Translations under genes and position numbers: made by a program | The notes under the pieces: model-generated | What the model was told of the DNA's origin: nothing | Database searches by the model: none | Seen by the model: the letters and a program-made list of their open reading frames with translations, nothing else | From: Lama glama | Taxonomy: Eukaryota | DNA: 64,000 nucleotides | Assembly: GCA_028534125.1 (NCBI GenBank) | Contig: CM052817.1 | Location: 84,694,001 to 84,758,000 of the forward strand | Direction of reading: 5' to 3' | Shown: in pieces, positions 1 to 11,745 of the stretch | How the letters are laid out: the number at the start of each line of letters is the position of its first letter | Numbering within the stretch: the first letter of the stretch is position 1

Positions 1-1412
1 CCAGCTGGAGGCACTCACAGCTGAGGCGGGGAAGACGAATAATAAAGAGGCTTTCTTGGTTCTCTGTGGTCTTTGAATCTTCAGTTCTCCATGGGGGAGC
101 AGTGCTGATTGAGAAAGAAAGGGTCTTATGGCATCAAAGGGAGGGCCATTGGCATGTGTGAGACTCACACCTCCTTAGGCTGCTTTAATCAGAGCCAAGA
201 GCTCATGGGAAATGAAAACAATTCCCCACCTTCTGCTCTCCTTTGTATGGTATTTATCATGTTTTCTTTCTGAAATTAAGGGGGGAATATCCCCTTTTCC
301 TTTGTAATTCAAATCTGAAAAGTTACTTTTATTTTTTAATTTTTTCTTTAACTCTGTTTCCATGACATACATGAGTGGTGTGGTTTTTTGTTTTTGTTTT
401 TGTTTTTGTTTTAACTCTACAGCCCCCTCCGCATGGCCATTCAATTTTCTCTTCCAGGCCATTTAAATATATTCCCAGAGAATGTGATAAGGCTGGTCAA
501 AAAGTAGATACTTGTAATCACTAACTTCAAGTAAATCATGGAAGATTAACTTTATCTTTCTATAAAAGATGGAATAGTGTGTGAAATGGGCAATTTGAAT
601 ATTTTCAGGGAAGAGGATTCTTGCCTTACTTGATTGCTTTAAACCAATTGGAGAGATAAAAAACATTGAACACTTGCTCCCCCCAGCTCTTCTCCTGCCA
701 GGCACTCTCCTTTACAGAACTCACATTGACAACATAATGAACGCACAGCACAGCTGTCAAAGGAAACGTTTGAGCACTTGTGAAATTACAGGCTGCTGCA
801 GAAATGACTTAAGCATGCCATTACCTCTTGCTGCATTTAGAACAAATAAGCCACCTGCCCTTTAGGTATTATCTGATCTGTTTGAATAGACTGCTATATA
901 GACCCACACAGAAGACTCCAAACATTCTCTCTTACAATTCTGCTCAGAGAACTGCAGCTTCAGCACCTCACACTTCCTCTTCTCAGTGCTCTCCTCTCCG
1001 ACTCAGCCTTTGCATACATTATATAAACAGCCACATGTCTGTTTCCTGTGTTAAAGGAAGCATCATTTTTGTGATTGCAGTTACCTAGCCCTGGGCTGCT
1101 GTATCTTCGAGTTGTGCCAGTCTGACTTCAAATCTGTGTAGCTCTTACCTCTAAAGCAAATTGTTTGAACATGAATCCGCCTCACAACTAAAAGCTCTTT
1201 CCTATCAAACATAGATTGAGTTTTCAGAAATGTTTTAAGATTTACTAATCAATCTGGAATAGATAAATTAACTCAGATACCACAGCTGCCTTACCATAGC
1301 TTTTATCTCCTCAGCAAGGAGGAACATTTTAGGTTTGTGCTCTCGGGAGCACCACCCTTGCCTTTCCCATGCTCTTGGCCAACACCCTGGTTGAAGGTTA
1401 CTTAGTGCTTCC

Positions 1413-1887
1413 TGCACCGATCAGGGTGCTGGGAAGACACCAATGGCACACTGAAAGTGGGTTAAGTGGAGGGAAGTTTACTAAAGGGTTTATTTGCTAA
1501 GGAATCCATCAGGGACAAAGTGGTACCCTAGGGCTGTTGGGGTGGCTGTTGTTACAACCCCTAAGCCTGAAGGCGTAAGGGGAGAGCAGCTCCTGAACCT
1601 TAGAGGGAGTAGGCACAGAGTGGGCCAGGTGAAAGGAGCCGGGACATCCCATCTGGACAGGACACAGCCAGCCCGAGGTAACCTGGCAGGGGAGGAGCTC
1701 AGGAAATTTGCACCTCCAACTTACTCTTGTGCTTCCTCCAGATCTCCTGTGGGTCCTCACCATTGGCTGAACATAATGCAAATCCAGAAGGGAAGGGAGT
1801 CTGAGATGCCTAGTCCCTCAGGTGAGAGGGCAGATAGAGAAGAGTGGAGAGTGGTCCTGAGGGCAGATGAAGGGTATCCAGTTCACT
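1413..1887 (-). mobile_element. ERVL solo LTR, LTR33-like
   Basis: Colinear with recalled antisense LTR33: 'atggcacactgaaagtgggttaag...gtttactaaaggg', 'acaacccctaagcctgaagg', 'ccattggctgaac', ending 'gtggagagtggtcctgagggcagatgaagggtatccagttcac'. Confidence 0.75.
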
Positions 1888-1964
1888 TGCTGAGGAGAGT
1901 AAAAAATAATGGTTCTAATGGTTTGTTTCTTAGTCACCTCCACCAATTCCCATGTATCCTTTAG

Positions 1965-2445
1965 ACTGGAGTCCAAGTACTATTCTTAAAGTGTAGCTGA
2001 TTCTATCACATCTTTACTGAAAGCCCCTCAATGGCTCTTTCCATAGGGCGTAAAGTTCAAGTCTTTATAATGGAATTCAAGGCCGCGTTGATCTCCTTTC
2101 CAACTAACTTTTCAGCCTTTGCAACCACCCCGCTTCTACTCTAGTCTATTTCTTTAACCTGATAATGTCCCAGAACTTCCCCCAACCCCATTTCTTTATT
2201 CACTCTCTTCTCATCTAGATTGCTCTTAACTCTTGCTAACTTATCCCTCCTCCTTAAAATAGGTCACAGACATCACATTTCCATGGGGCTGCCTTCTATC
2301 ATACTAATCAGAATTTATCCTTCTTTCAAATATGTGGCCATGGCATTTTTGTTTGTTTTTTTTCCCTTATAATATTACAGCATATTCTGTCTTACAATTC
2401 ATTGTGGACATGTCAGTGCACATCTCTTGGTAGACTATGAACGCT
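1965..2445 (+). mobile_element. LINE-2 3' fragment (5' part of a split copy)
   Basis: L2 motifs 'aaagcccctcaatggctc...taaagttcaagtctttataatggaattcaaggcc' and 'tagactatgaa'. Confidence 0.6.
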
Positions 2446-2859
2446 ACAACATCCACTTTGTGGCTCTGGGTCTGATTAGAAGGAATTCCCATTCACATGG
2501 ATAGAACTGTACTGGGTTGGGATATGCCAGGGGTGGCCAGAGAGAGGTGGAATTCACAGGCGAATCGAGGTCCTGTCTGAGTAGGTAGACAGAGAGAAGG
2601 GCTGGAGCTGCCATGTGAGCCTGAGGAGTGAGTAAAGATCTGAATACAAAAAAAAAAGCCAAAAAGGAATCCGTTGTCAGAACAGTTCTGGAATCAGTGA
2701 GTGTTAGTGTAGGAATACTGTGAATGAGTACAGCTCCCTGCCTCTGAACAGAGCTGTGACGTCCGAATTAGGCTTACAGGTTCCAGTCATCCGGAGCATG
2801 ATCCCTCTGGCTGGCTGTAATGAAAATTGTTGGGTCAGTCCATGAACATTAGTCTTTTC

Positions 2860-2978
2860 AAGGCTGGGGCCATGTCTTATTCATTTTTGTCATAATCTCT
2901 GTCTCTTCCCCCTACGCCCCCTTAACACAGTGCCTGGAGCTTAGCAGGTGCACTAAATATGTTTGTTGAGTTGACTGG
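2860..2978 (+). mobile_element. LINE-2 extreme 3' end
   Basis: 'ggggccatgtcttattcattttt...acacagtgcctggagcttagcaggtgcactaaatatgtttgttgagttga' is a typical L2 terminus. Confidence 0.75.
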
Positions 2979-3489
2979 AAGTCAGCAGATTTTATTTATA
3001 TAAAAATATTGTATGGAATGTGAAACAATATGTGTGTATATAATGATGATATTTTAAGAACAGTTAAAAGATAGCCTGTTGTAAATATTTTTCAAAAGTG
3101 CATTTTCAGTGTAGGCTGTGCTATACCCGCAGGTAAACTTGCCTTCAGCAATGCACCTCTCATTGAGGTACCCTGGGTGCCTGGTGTCTGTACTCATCAA
3201 GTGCTTACGTGGAGTCTGAGTCACTGGCGATGGGGAGCAAATAAGGAAGTGAATTTGATGATTGTGGTCCTGAACATGTTGATGATGTAGGAAACCTTTG
3301 CTTGTTTTTCAGATGTCTTCACTTCATGGCACACTGGAGTGATGTAAGAGAATAAGAATTCTGTAGTTCAGTGTGCCTGAATAAAAATTGCCCAGAGTGG
3401 GTCCTGATGAAAATGTCAGTTTCTGAACCCCAAGCTATGCTTCTGAGTCATCCTTTAAGATGATTTCTATGAACACTAAAGATTATGAA

Positions 3490-3690
3490 CCTTCTCCATG
3501 GACTAGTGGGGGCCCATTAGAATCACTTGAAAAGACTTAAATAATATTAATGCTTGAGTTTCCCCTCTGTTCCCTCCATTGAGTCTGACTTGAGGGGTCT
3601 GGAGTGGAATCCCCAGCACCTGTGATCCCCCAGCTGTCTGTAGTACCAGCACATCTTCTATGGGCCTTGGAGGCCTGCCACATTGATTGA
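3490..3690. mobile_element. MER5-type hAT-Charlie MITE remnant
   Basis: 'cattagaatcacttgaaaagactt...gagtctgacttgaggggtctggagtggaatccc' resembles the MER5 core. Confidence 0.5.
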
Positions 3691-3794
3691 TAGGTTAGAA
3701 ATAGATCATCCTAACCTCAGAGAGATATAAAGGACAGGCTAGCAAATGTGCTGAGGAAAGCAAACAGCATGGTAGGAAAACATCATATCCTAGT

Positions 3795-4015
3795 CACGAA
3801 GGGTGATAGCTCTGGAGTCCGAAGCCTGAGTCCCTCCCCATAATAGTTCTGGCACTTATGAGCTCTGCGCTGGCAGGCATCCCTGTGTGTCTTCTGAGGA
3901 TCAAAATAGTGCACACCTCTAAGGATTCAAATAAGTTAATATAAACAAAGTATTCAAACAGAGCTTGTCTTATGGTTAAGGGCCCCATAAATGTTAGCCG
4001 TTGTTAATTATTATC
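3795..4015 (+). mobile_element. MIR SINE
   Basis: 'gctctggagtcc' head and 3' part 'aggattcaaataagttaatataaacaaagtattcaaacagag...taaatgttagccgttgtt'. Confidence 0.7.
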
Positions 4016-4149
4016 AGTAGTTACAGGAAAGAATTATGTTTTCCAAATATGGTAACAGGAAGATCTGGTGTGATAAAAGGGTGTCAGAGGACTAGAGGTT
4101 TCACATATTTTTTTGAGAGTCAGTGGTCAGAAATAGGAATAAGAAGTGG

Positions 4150-4390
4150 AGGTTGCTAGGATTATGATTAGAAGGATTATGCAGAAGAACATTTGAACAA
4201 CTGGAGCCTTCTAAACTAAGGAATCAATGGCTGTACAAAGTAGTGAATTCTGGGTCTCTGGAAATATTCCAAAACCAGTTGATTGTCCATTTATTTGGAA
4301 CTTTGCAGAGAAAATTCATGTAAAGGGTAGTGATTTGGACTTTAAATACAATCAATGAACCCTGTAAATGCTTTTTAAACTCTAAAAGCA
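4150..4390 (+). mobile_element. CR1/L3 LINE 3' end
   Basis: 'aatggctgtacaaagtagtgaattctgggtctctggaaatattcc...ttggact' matches the L3 terminal region. Confidence 0.6.
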
Positions 4391-4995
4391 CCAAAGTTCA
4401 ATTATTTATTATTACTACCATAATTACCTCTAAGATCTAGCTCTTAGAGTCCAAAGTCCTGTGGTTTTTATCTCAGGTTTTGGAAATCATTTTGGCTTTT
4501 GGAAATCACTTTTCTCCAGCTCTTGTTGGAGGAAGTGGTGAAAAATAATCACTGAAGGACAAAGATGTGTAGATGGCCTCATGTAAAGCTTCCATTTATC
4601 ATGAAATGTAACCATTGTGAAATTTGAACAGATGGAAGAGTGGATGCAATGTAAGACACATGCCAAAGGCTGCTAAGAAAATTTATTCTTGTAGGATTAA
4701 TGTTTTTTACTGTAATGAGATATTTTCAACATGAAATTCAAAGAACAAAACTCATTTATGTGACAATAAATCACGTTATCAGTTCTAGAGATTTTAGTTA
4801 AATGTGGTGTTAGATGCAGACCTCCTTGGGTCCCAGCTCTTAGACATAGCTATGGCTTTCACCAGTTTCTTTAGCTTTGAATATAAGCAGAACTTCACTA
4901 GATCTCTAGTTATTTGTTTGATAAGGATGGACAGAGTAACAGGAAAAATTAAAAGGGAAAGGAGTTGTGTGTTCATAACTTTATGAATATATTAT

Positions 4996-5468
4996 TGCTG
5001 TGGATTGAATTGTGTCCCCTCAAAATTCATGTGTTGAAGCCTCAACTCCCAATGTGGTGGTACTACTCAAAAATGGGGTCTTTGAGAGGTCGTCAGGGTT
5101 AGATGGTGTCATTAGGGTGGGTCCCTGTTGTGGAACTAGTGCCTGTTGGTTTGTAAATTGGCCTCCATACATTGGAGGACAAGGAGAGCCTAAAGAAAGT
5201 GGAGACTACATCAGATTGTTAAGGGCAGTTTTAAAAAGCAAGGAAACTTACGTAGGAGACTTGTGTGGCCACAGGATGAATGGTCATATGGGTACGAAGG
5301 GAGATGACAGCTGCTTACTGACCAAAAGAAGAGGTCTCAGAGTGAAACTACATTGCTGGCAGCTTGATCTTAGACTTTCCAGCCTCTAGAACTGTGAGAA
5401 ATAAACTTCTGTTGTTTAAGCCACTCCATTATCGTATTTTATTATGGCACCCCAGGCTGACTAAAACA
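4996..5468 (+). mobile_element. MaLR solo LTR, MLT1A-type, with nested insert
   Basis: TG...CA termini, MLT1A motifs ('aaaattcatgtgttgaagcc', 'ccagcctctagaactgtgagaaataaacttctgttgtttaagcc'), perfect 5-bp target-site duplication ATTAT at 4991-4995 and 5469-5473. Confidence 0.9.
5144..5285 (-). mobile_element. Truncated ERV LTR 3' end nested in MLT1A
   Basis: Non-MLT1A block beginning 'tgttggtttgtaaattggcc' interrupts the MLT1A; resembles an antisense U5/R end of a laurasiatherian ERV LTR. Confidence 0.5.
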
Positions 5469-5504
5469 ATTATCACCTGATTGACAGATTACAAAGCAAT
5501 TTGT

Positions 5505-5870
5505 ATTCATTCATTCATTTATTCATTCATTTAACAGTCATCAGTTGAGCACCTAGTATGCACAAGGCCTGAAGGATTGAAAGACAATAAATCACACCTT
5601 TTGCCCTCCAGAAATTTACAGTGGTGTATGAATAATGTAAAACAGAATAGAGTAACTGAGGATTTGTAGAAGATACACATACTTGATTTATCCTGATCTA
5701 AGGATGGTTTTCCTGGAAGTTTTCATGGGCCTGTAGCTTTTGACCCAAGACTTTAAGGAAGAATAAGTTTTCTAAAAGGTAGAGAAGATGAGGAGAGGCT
5801 ATTCCAGAGTGGGAGCAAAGGCATAGATAGCTGAAAATGTGGAGCGCTTTTAGAAAATCCGTAATGAGGA
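5505..5870 (-). mobile_element. LINE-2 3' fragment
   Basis: (ATTC)n tail followed by 'ttgagcacctagtatgcacaaggc...gccctccagaaatttacagt'. Confidence 0.75.
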
Positions 5871-6447
5871 ACTCCTGGAAAGAGAGAGGTGTATCTGTGA
5901 TCTAAATGGAGAAGCCTCCCTTATTTCTGCACCGTGGCTGGGAAGCCCACTGTCTAGTGAGAAGTTGATGGTTAAGAAATAAAATGATATTTTGGAGCAG
6001 AACCTGAACTTTGGGGAAACTGATTCAAATATTATTGATGTAGAATTACATTTTCCTCCAATTTAAAGAGCTACCATGTCATAAGAAAAATCCAACTTTT
6101 TAATGGCAGAAAGACGTACCTGCCTGAAACTCACATTGGTGTATTTACAGGTAAAAAAAAATGGAACAAAAAGGATAAGCTGCCAGTCCTAACAGTGAGT
6201 TAGCTGTAATATGTTAGATGACTTTTCGGGGTGTGGGGATATTTGTAGAGGAGAAGTGAGGCAAGTTATCGAAGGAGCTTCAGTTGGGAAGATTGAAATG
6301 TAAATATTGCAAGCTGGTGGCAGAGTGGAGGTAAGGAAAAGGGAGAGTTAGGATAACCTTGTAAGAACACGGATAAGTCTAGTCAAATGTTTCTTATGTT
6401 CTCAGGTTAACCTCTGCCGAGCCAGTTGTCCCTTTGCCTGTACTCAC

Positions 6448-6630
6448 TCCCAAAGCAGTTTGTTATTCCTCTGATGAGGCCCTTTCCACATTGTTCTTTG
6501 TTTGCCTCGTCTGTGTCTCCAGCTGGATTGTGAGCAACTTGAGATTAGGACAGTAGCAGTTATTTTCTAGTTCAGGTCTAACACGGCGCCTGGCATATAT
6601 TATTTGCTGACTTAAATATTTGTTGAATGG
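6448..6630 (+). mobile_element. LINE-2 3' end
   Basis: 'ctggattgtgagcaacttgag...ggcgcctggcatata...taaatatttgttgaatgg'. Confidence 0.75.
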
Positions 6631-7677
6631 TGGCTAAATTAATGAGATGGCACTGTTGAAATTTTGCAAAGCAAAAATAAGAGCTCAATAATTTAGAATT
6701 ATTGAGTAGAATTTGTGAGTAGGAGTGGCTAATTTTGGGACTTGAGAAATTGCAGAACACAGATTAAAGCTGCAGGTAAGCATTAAAGTGATTTAGTGTT
6801 TTGCAAGGTGTAGAACACTTGCTGAGGGAAAGAGGAAAAATCATGAACAAATAACTATTCTCATGATCCAAATAGTGGAGGAAGCAGGATGGAAGAGACA
6901 GGCACAGAATAAGCACTCAAACTGGTGTTTAATTAAATATAAAGGAGAATTGTTATTTAAGGTATAACTTTACAGTTTTCAAGACTGATTTCCATACATT
7001 ACATTGGAAAAATATTATCATTACCTCATAGAAACTTGATACACAGTTTTCTAGTAAATATCCCATTTTTCTTGATGATTCATGTCTGAGGATCAGGAGG
7101 TGCTCTGAGAGTAAGGACCAGTAACGAAGAAGCCAGAAGTGCTCACTGAGTCACCACTGACTAGTTTTAGGAGGAGGCCATACCCATCTGTATATAGACT
7201 GTGGTCCTTCAAGGAAACTGATAGACTGAAGTTTTATTCCAATGAAAAGGGCTTGTTCTACTAAGTGACTGGCTTTATTCTGTCAGCTATTGCTGCCCCA
7301 TCTCCCACAATGAAAACAATCTGCTTGTATTGGTTGCCACTTTCCAATGATTTCCTAGCACTGTTTCCCCCTCTGTATCTACAGAGACAAAAATCAAAGT
7401 TTAAAAAACATGCAGAATTCATAGCTCGTAGTAAAACAGACTGTGAACTGCTGAGAACTTGAAGCTTTCATCTGGCTTGTCAGGAAAAGCCCTCCAATTT
7501 TAATTTGAATTAGGCCAGAGATGCACAGAATAATTTGAGTAGCTGCTGGTTAATGAGCCGTGGTTTACGGGTGGGGCCCCTGCATGTTTCCCATTGCAGG
7601 CTAAGTCATCCACTCTCGTTATGTCCTCAGCCCAAGGAGCAGCCCGTTTGGAGGCGATGTAATGATGTGATGTTATA

Positions 7678-8250
7678 TATCACAAAAATTAGAGAGAGAG
7701 AGAGAACAAGGACCAGGAGGTCATCTTGACGCTCCCCTGCCAGGGCAGCTTTGTTCCCCACAATGTTTCCTTGAGTACTTCTGTCCAGTTCGGTTTTAAA
7801 TGACCTGGGCAATGAGCTCAAACCTCTTCCCCCGAGAGGCTATTTGGCAGTCTAATAAGCTTCACTGTTAGCAAACTCTTCCTTGATGTTCAGCCTTAGT
7901 TTTCCTTTGCTCAATTTCATCTCATTACTGCTGTTACTCTGCTTTTGTGCACCCCAACCAATCCTTCTCTCTCCTTCATGGTCACCCTTTCCTTATGCTC
8001 ATGAAAGTTTCCCTGTTCTTTTCAGTCATTGCCAGGTTGCAGAATGTTTCACAGTCTTTAAAAACTTTCCGCTCGTCCTCTATCCACGTTTGTGACTCCC
8101 CTCTCATTTCTTCCTTCTTTGATCAAAACTTTCTTGATTTGTGAGAGCCAGGGACAGCATGCCGTATTTCACACTAGATGACACTCCTAAGGGCAGCATC
8201 GGGGAGTTCTTCCACCGCTCCATGATAGATGCATCTGTGTACTAAATTGC
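7678..8250 (-). mobile_element. Ancient CR1-clade LINE 3' end (L3b/Plat_L3-like)
   Basis: Minus-strand translation across frameshifts gives SNEMKLSKGKLRLNIK / LTVKLIRLPNSL / SFKTELD, matching the CR1 ORF2 C-terminus, followed by a CR1-type 3' UTR ('gatgacctcctggtcc...ctctaatttttgtga'). Confidence 0.8.
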
Positions 8251-9579
8251 ATTGCTTCTCTGTGCTGCCAATCCACACCAAGAGAGCTGAGGCCTGATGT
8301 ACTATCAGGGCTCACACTCTGTTGAGCCAGAGAGAAGAGTTACTCACCTGGAAGCGGTGATTGGGCACGTGCATTTGACCATTTTTCTTTTCAAAAGTCT
8401 GCTTTAGGCTCTTGGCTTGATTAAAATTTGATTAAGGACTGAAGAGAAAAACAAATTGCCCCCCAAACAACATTAAAAATAATAATACCTTGTACTCTGA
8501 ACCAGAGCATCCTTTTTTTTTTAACCTTGTAATTGCAGTGTGGTGAGGGCGAAGTGAACAGCTGTAGCTTTATCTATTCTGTCATGAAAGGAATAAAGCA
8601 CAGGGAGTTGGAAAAGATATTTTCTTAAAGTTTCCCAGTTTGAACGAACAGCTAAATGAGAGAAAAGCAGAAATAAGAAATTATTAAACCTCACCTTCCT
8701 TGTGCTCTCAAAGATGAGTTCACACATACATACAAGCCCAATTCCAACTGAAAAGATTCTCTGAAATATTTTGTTGCACTTATGTCTCATGGGATGCAAA
8801 TACACATTTAATGAATTTATATTTGTCACAGCATCATTTGACAGGTATTGTGTGGCTGTGTTAGTTATCTGTACTATTTACTCCAGGAATCACAGTATAA
8901 TGAGGCAAAGGCTATTTGTTATTTACTGCTGTTTGTGATTCTACTTTTTTGCCTTGAGTTATCCTCATTTGTTGGCTTTATTTGTTCGATAGGTGTCAAC
9001 TTATTTTAGGGGTTGCCTCCTGGATTGGTTCCTCCATCATCTGCAGTGATGTGGTATCACTTGAAACGATGGTCAGGAGAAATTTTGCACTTTTTTTCCT
9101 TCCTGATTTACCTTAGCTTCCCGTGCTGGTTGGTGAATGTTGGGTTGGCTCATCAGCCTCTGCAGAGCTGTGCAATAGTGAGAATTGCTACAGCTCAGGA
9201 AGTTTGACTAATGGTGAAAGATGCTGTCCATGTGCCAGCCTCCACTTTTTGAATGGTAGTAAAAAAAAAAATTATTGACAATATCATTAAAGTTTAACCT
9301 TAGGTCATGCTATGTAGTATTTTGACCTATCATGTTATTGAGGTGCACTGGTACTGTGCTGGCCACTCTTGGGTTCAGGGGAAAAGCTTTAAGCTTGACC
9401 CACAAGGAGATTCAGATTTCTTGTTAGAGGCAAGATTAATACATGGAAAACTAAAAAACTGTCAATGGTAGTAAGCCTAGTGTTCTATAAATTCATGCTT
9501 TTAAGTGATACAGGAAAGTCTGAAAGTGGGATTGTTGGTAAGGAAAGAGAGAGATCTTGGGACACAGGCGTACGTGATA

Positions 9580-9810
9580 TAATGAGCATTTATCAAATGC
9601 TTGCTACCTGCCAGGGATAGTGCTAAATACAATGATGGATTATCTCTTTTAATCTTTGCTAAAAAAAAAATCCCACATTTTCACTGATGAGTCACAGAGA
9701 GCCTAAGTAAAATAAACTGACTAAATTGACTAAATTCACACAGGTATTAGTAGTGGAACTTGAGATTCATATTCATGGCTTCTTCAGTGCAGAGCTAGGA
9801 TATTAATTGC
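9580..9810 (-). mobile_element. MIR SINE
   Basis: 'agcatttatcaaatgcttgctacctgccagggatagtgctaa...cccacattttcactgatgag...tagtagtggaacttgagattc'. Confidence 0.75.
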
Positions 9811-10469
9811 CATAAAAGAAGGATATGAACTGGGCCTTGAAGTATAAATATTATTAGCAATTCGAGTGAGGATTTTATGGTATTACTTGGCATCTGACCG
9901 AGGAATCTCATAATGCTTGACTTCTTCCTCCAGCCCACAGCTACCTCTTTTCTTACGAGATCTCAAGGGAGAGATATACACAAGAAATAATGACATATGA
10001 TATATGAAGTACCACTCTGCCAGCAGTGTAGGACTCTGCATGTGGCCCAGCATAAATGGAGTTCTTCCTCCATCTGTTTCCAAATCTTAACCCCTCCTGG
10101 ACACAAGGAACATCAGATTCCCTGACAATACTTGTGGCAAGAGGAGAGACAAAGATGGCTAGGTTTATCCACGGATACAAGCACTGGCTCAGTCTAACAC
10201 TGTGGGGCACAGGGTATTGGAGAATTCTATAGAGGGAAGCCACACCCTCATATGTGAATCATTAATACCTTGCATACCAAACACCAATTGTGGCCCAATT
10301 ATAATCATGGAAACTGGTTTCAATAAAATTAATATTTGAGAGAGAGAGAGAAGAAGAATAGAGACATTTTCCTCCTCATTATACTCATGATAATTAAGAG
10401 AAAGTGAAGGAACCAAGCATCCCATGTTGGGTGGGGGAGAAACTTGAAGATTGATTGCATTAGAGATAG

Positions 10470-10950
10470 GAGAGTCTCTGGTTTTCTGAATATACAGAGT
10501 TTGAAGGGCCACTGGGTCATCTGAATGGAGATGTCATGTGGACAACTGGACCTACATAGGGGAGCGGCCAGGGCTTGAAGTATTGGTTTGAAAGTCATTT
10601 GTTTAAAGATGTCAGGAAAGAGCAGAGGGCAAATAGACTGAATCTTCAAGAAAATTCACTTAGAAGGGGTCATTCGTAGTAAGACAGCCCAGCAAAAGGA
10701 ATACAGGGGAAATGGCAGTACAAGGTAGGTGAGGTGGGTGTGGGCAAAACAGTAACTCCAAAAAGAAGAGGATTTCAAGAAGCAGACACTAAATATCTAT
10801 GCAGACCAGTTTAGAGAGGCCTAGAGGGATATAGTTTCTAAAAGGACTTTTAATCAAAAAGGAGTTAATGATGACCTTTGAGAGAACAGTTTCAGTAAAA
10901 TGAAGGGAATGGAAATTCAAGGTATGGGAGTCTGGAAGGGAGCGTTAATA
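10470..10950 (-). mobile_element. LINE-2 fragment
   Basis: 'gagtttgaagggccactgggtcatctgaatggagatgtc' and 'tgatgacctttgagagaacagtttcagt'. Confidence 0.7.
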
Positions 10951-11129
10951 AAAAAATAGAAGTCGCAGTTATAGAATATGTACATCTCAATTGAGGAGGA
11001 AGAGTGAGATGCCTGCAAGAGAGAAGCAAGGCTAAGGATTATTATTATCATATGGAAGAGAGATGGGGAAAGTGAAACTGCGGACTGATGATGAATTGTG
11101 GTCATATTATCAATACCTGGTATTTTCTC

Positions 11130-11438
11130 ATTTGTTTGCTTATTGATTGAGCAATTTATTGTCTGTCACTTCCAACTAGAATGTAAGACTCAGCAGAATG
11201 CAGGTCTTGCCCATCATGATCAAAGGGGAGTACTTCTACTAGAATGTAAGATCTGTGAGACCTCCTCTCTTTTGTTCTCTGCTGGACCCCCAATGCCCCA
11301 AACAGTGCTCATCACACACTGTAAGTGTGCAATAAATATTTGTTGAATAAATTAATGGATTAACCCCCAGTGTTGACAGTAGTGCTTAGCACATACTGGG
11401 AGCTCAAACACCCACACTCATTGTTAATAAATTAATGG
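11130..11438 (+). mobile_element. Two interleaved LINE-2 3' ends
   Basis: 'actagaatgtaaga' occurs twice (~11175, ~11238) and the terminal 'aataaattaatgg' twice (~11346, ~11426). Confidence 0.75.
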
Positions 11439-11619
11439 TCAATAAGAGATGAATAAGAATTGAGAGGCAGAGGTGAGATCCAGCAGAAGCTAAATGGCCT
11501 ATCTTTGTAGTGGGTCAAGGTAGCGTATTCTGTATCTTCCTCTAGGAGTACCCGTGGCCAAAAGTCACAGAATAAAGTTAGTAAGAAGAAGAAAACAGTC
11601 GATATCTTTTGTGACTCCA

Positions 11620-11745
11620 CCATGTTCCAGTTGCTATTCTAAGTGTTTTCTGGTTGAAACTGGTTTTATGGTCACAGCAGCCAAATGGTGAGCACTGTTA
11701 TCATCTTCTTTTACAAGGAGGAAATCAAAGCCCAGAGAGATTTAG
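11620..11745 (-). mobile_element. MIR fragment
   Basis: MIR core 'cactgttatcatcttcttttacaaggaggaaatcaaagcccagagag'. Confidence 0.7.

Noticed and set aside
1494..1964. 156-aa ORF, the longest on the plus strand
   Set aside because: Lies almost entirely in an LTR33-like LTR, has a non-ATG start and shows no recognisable protein features.
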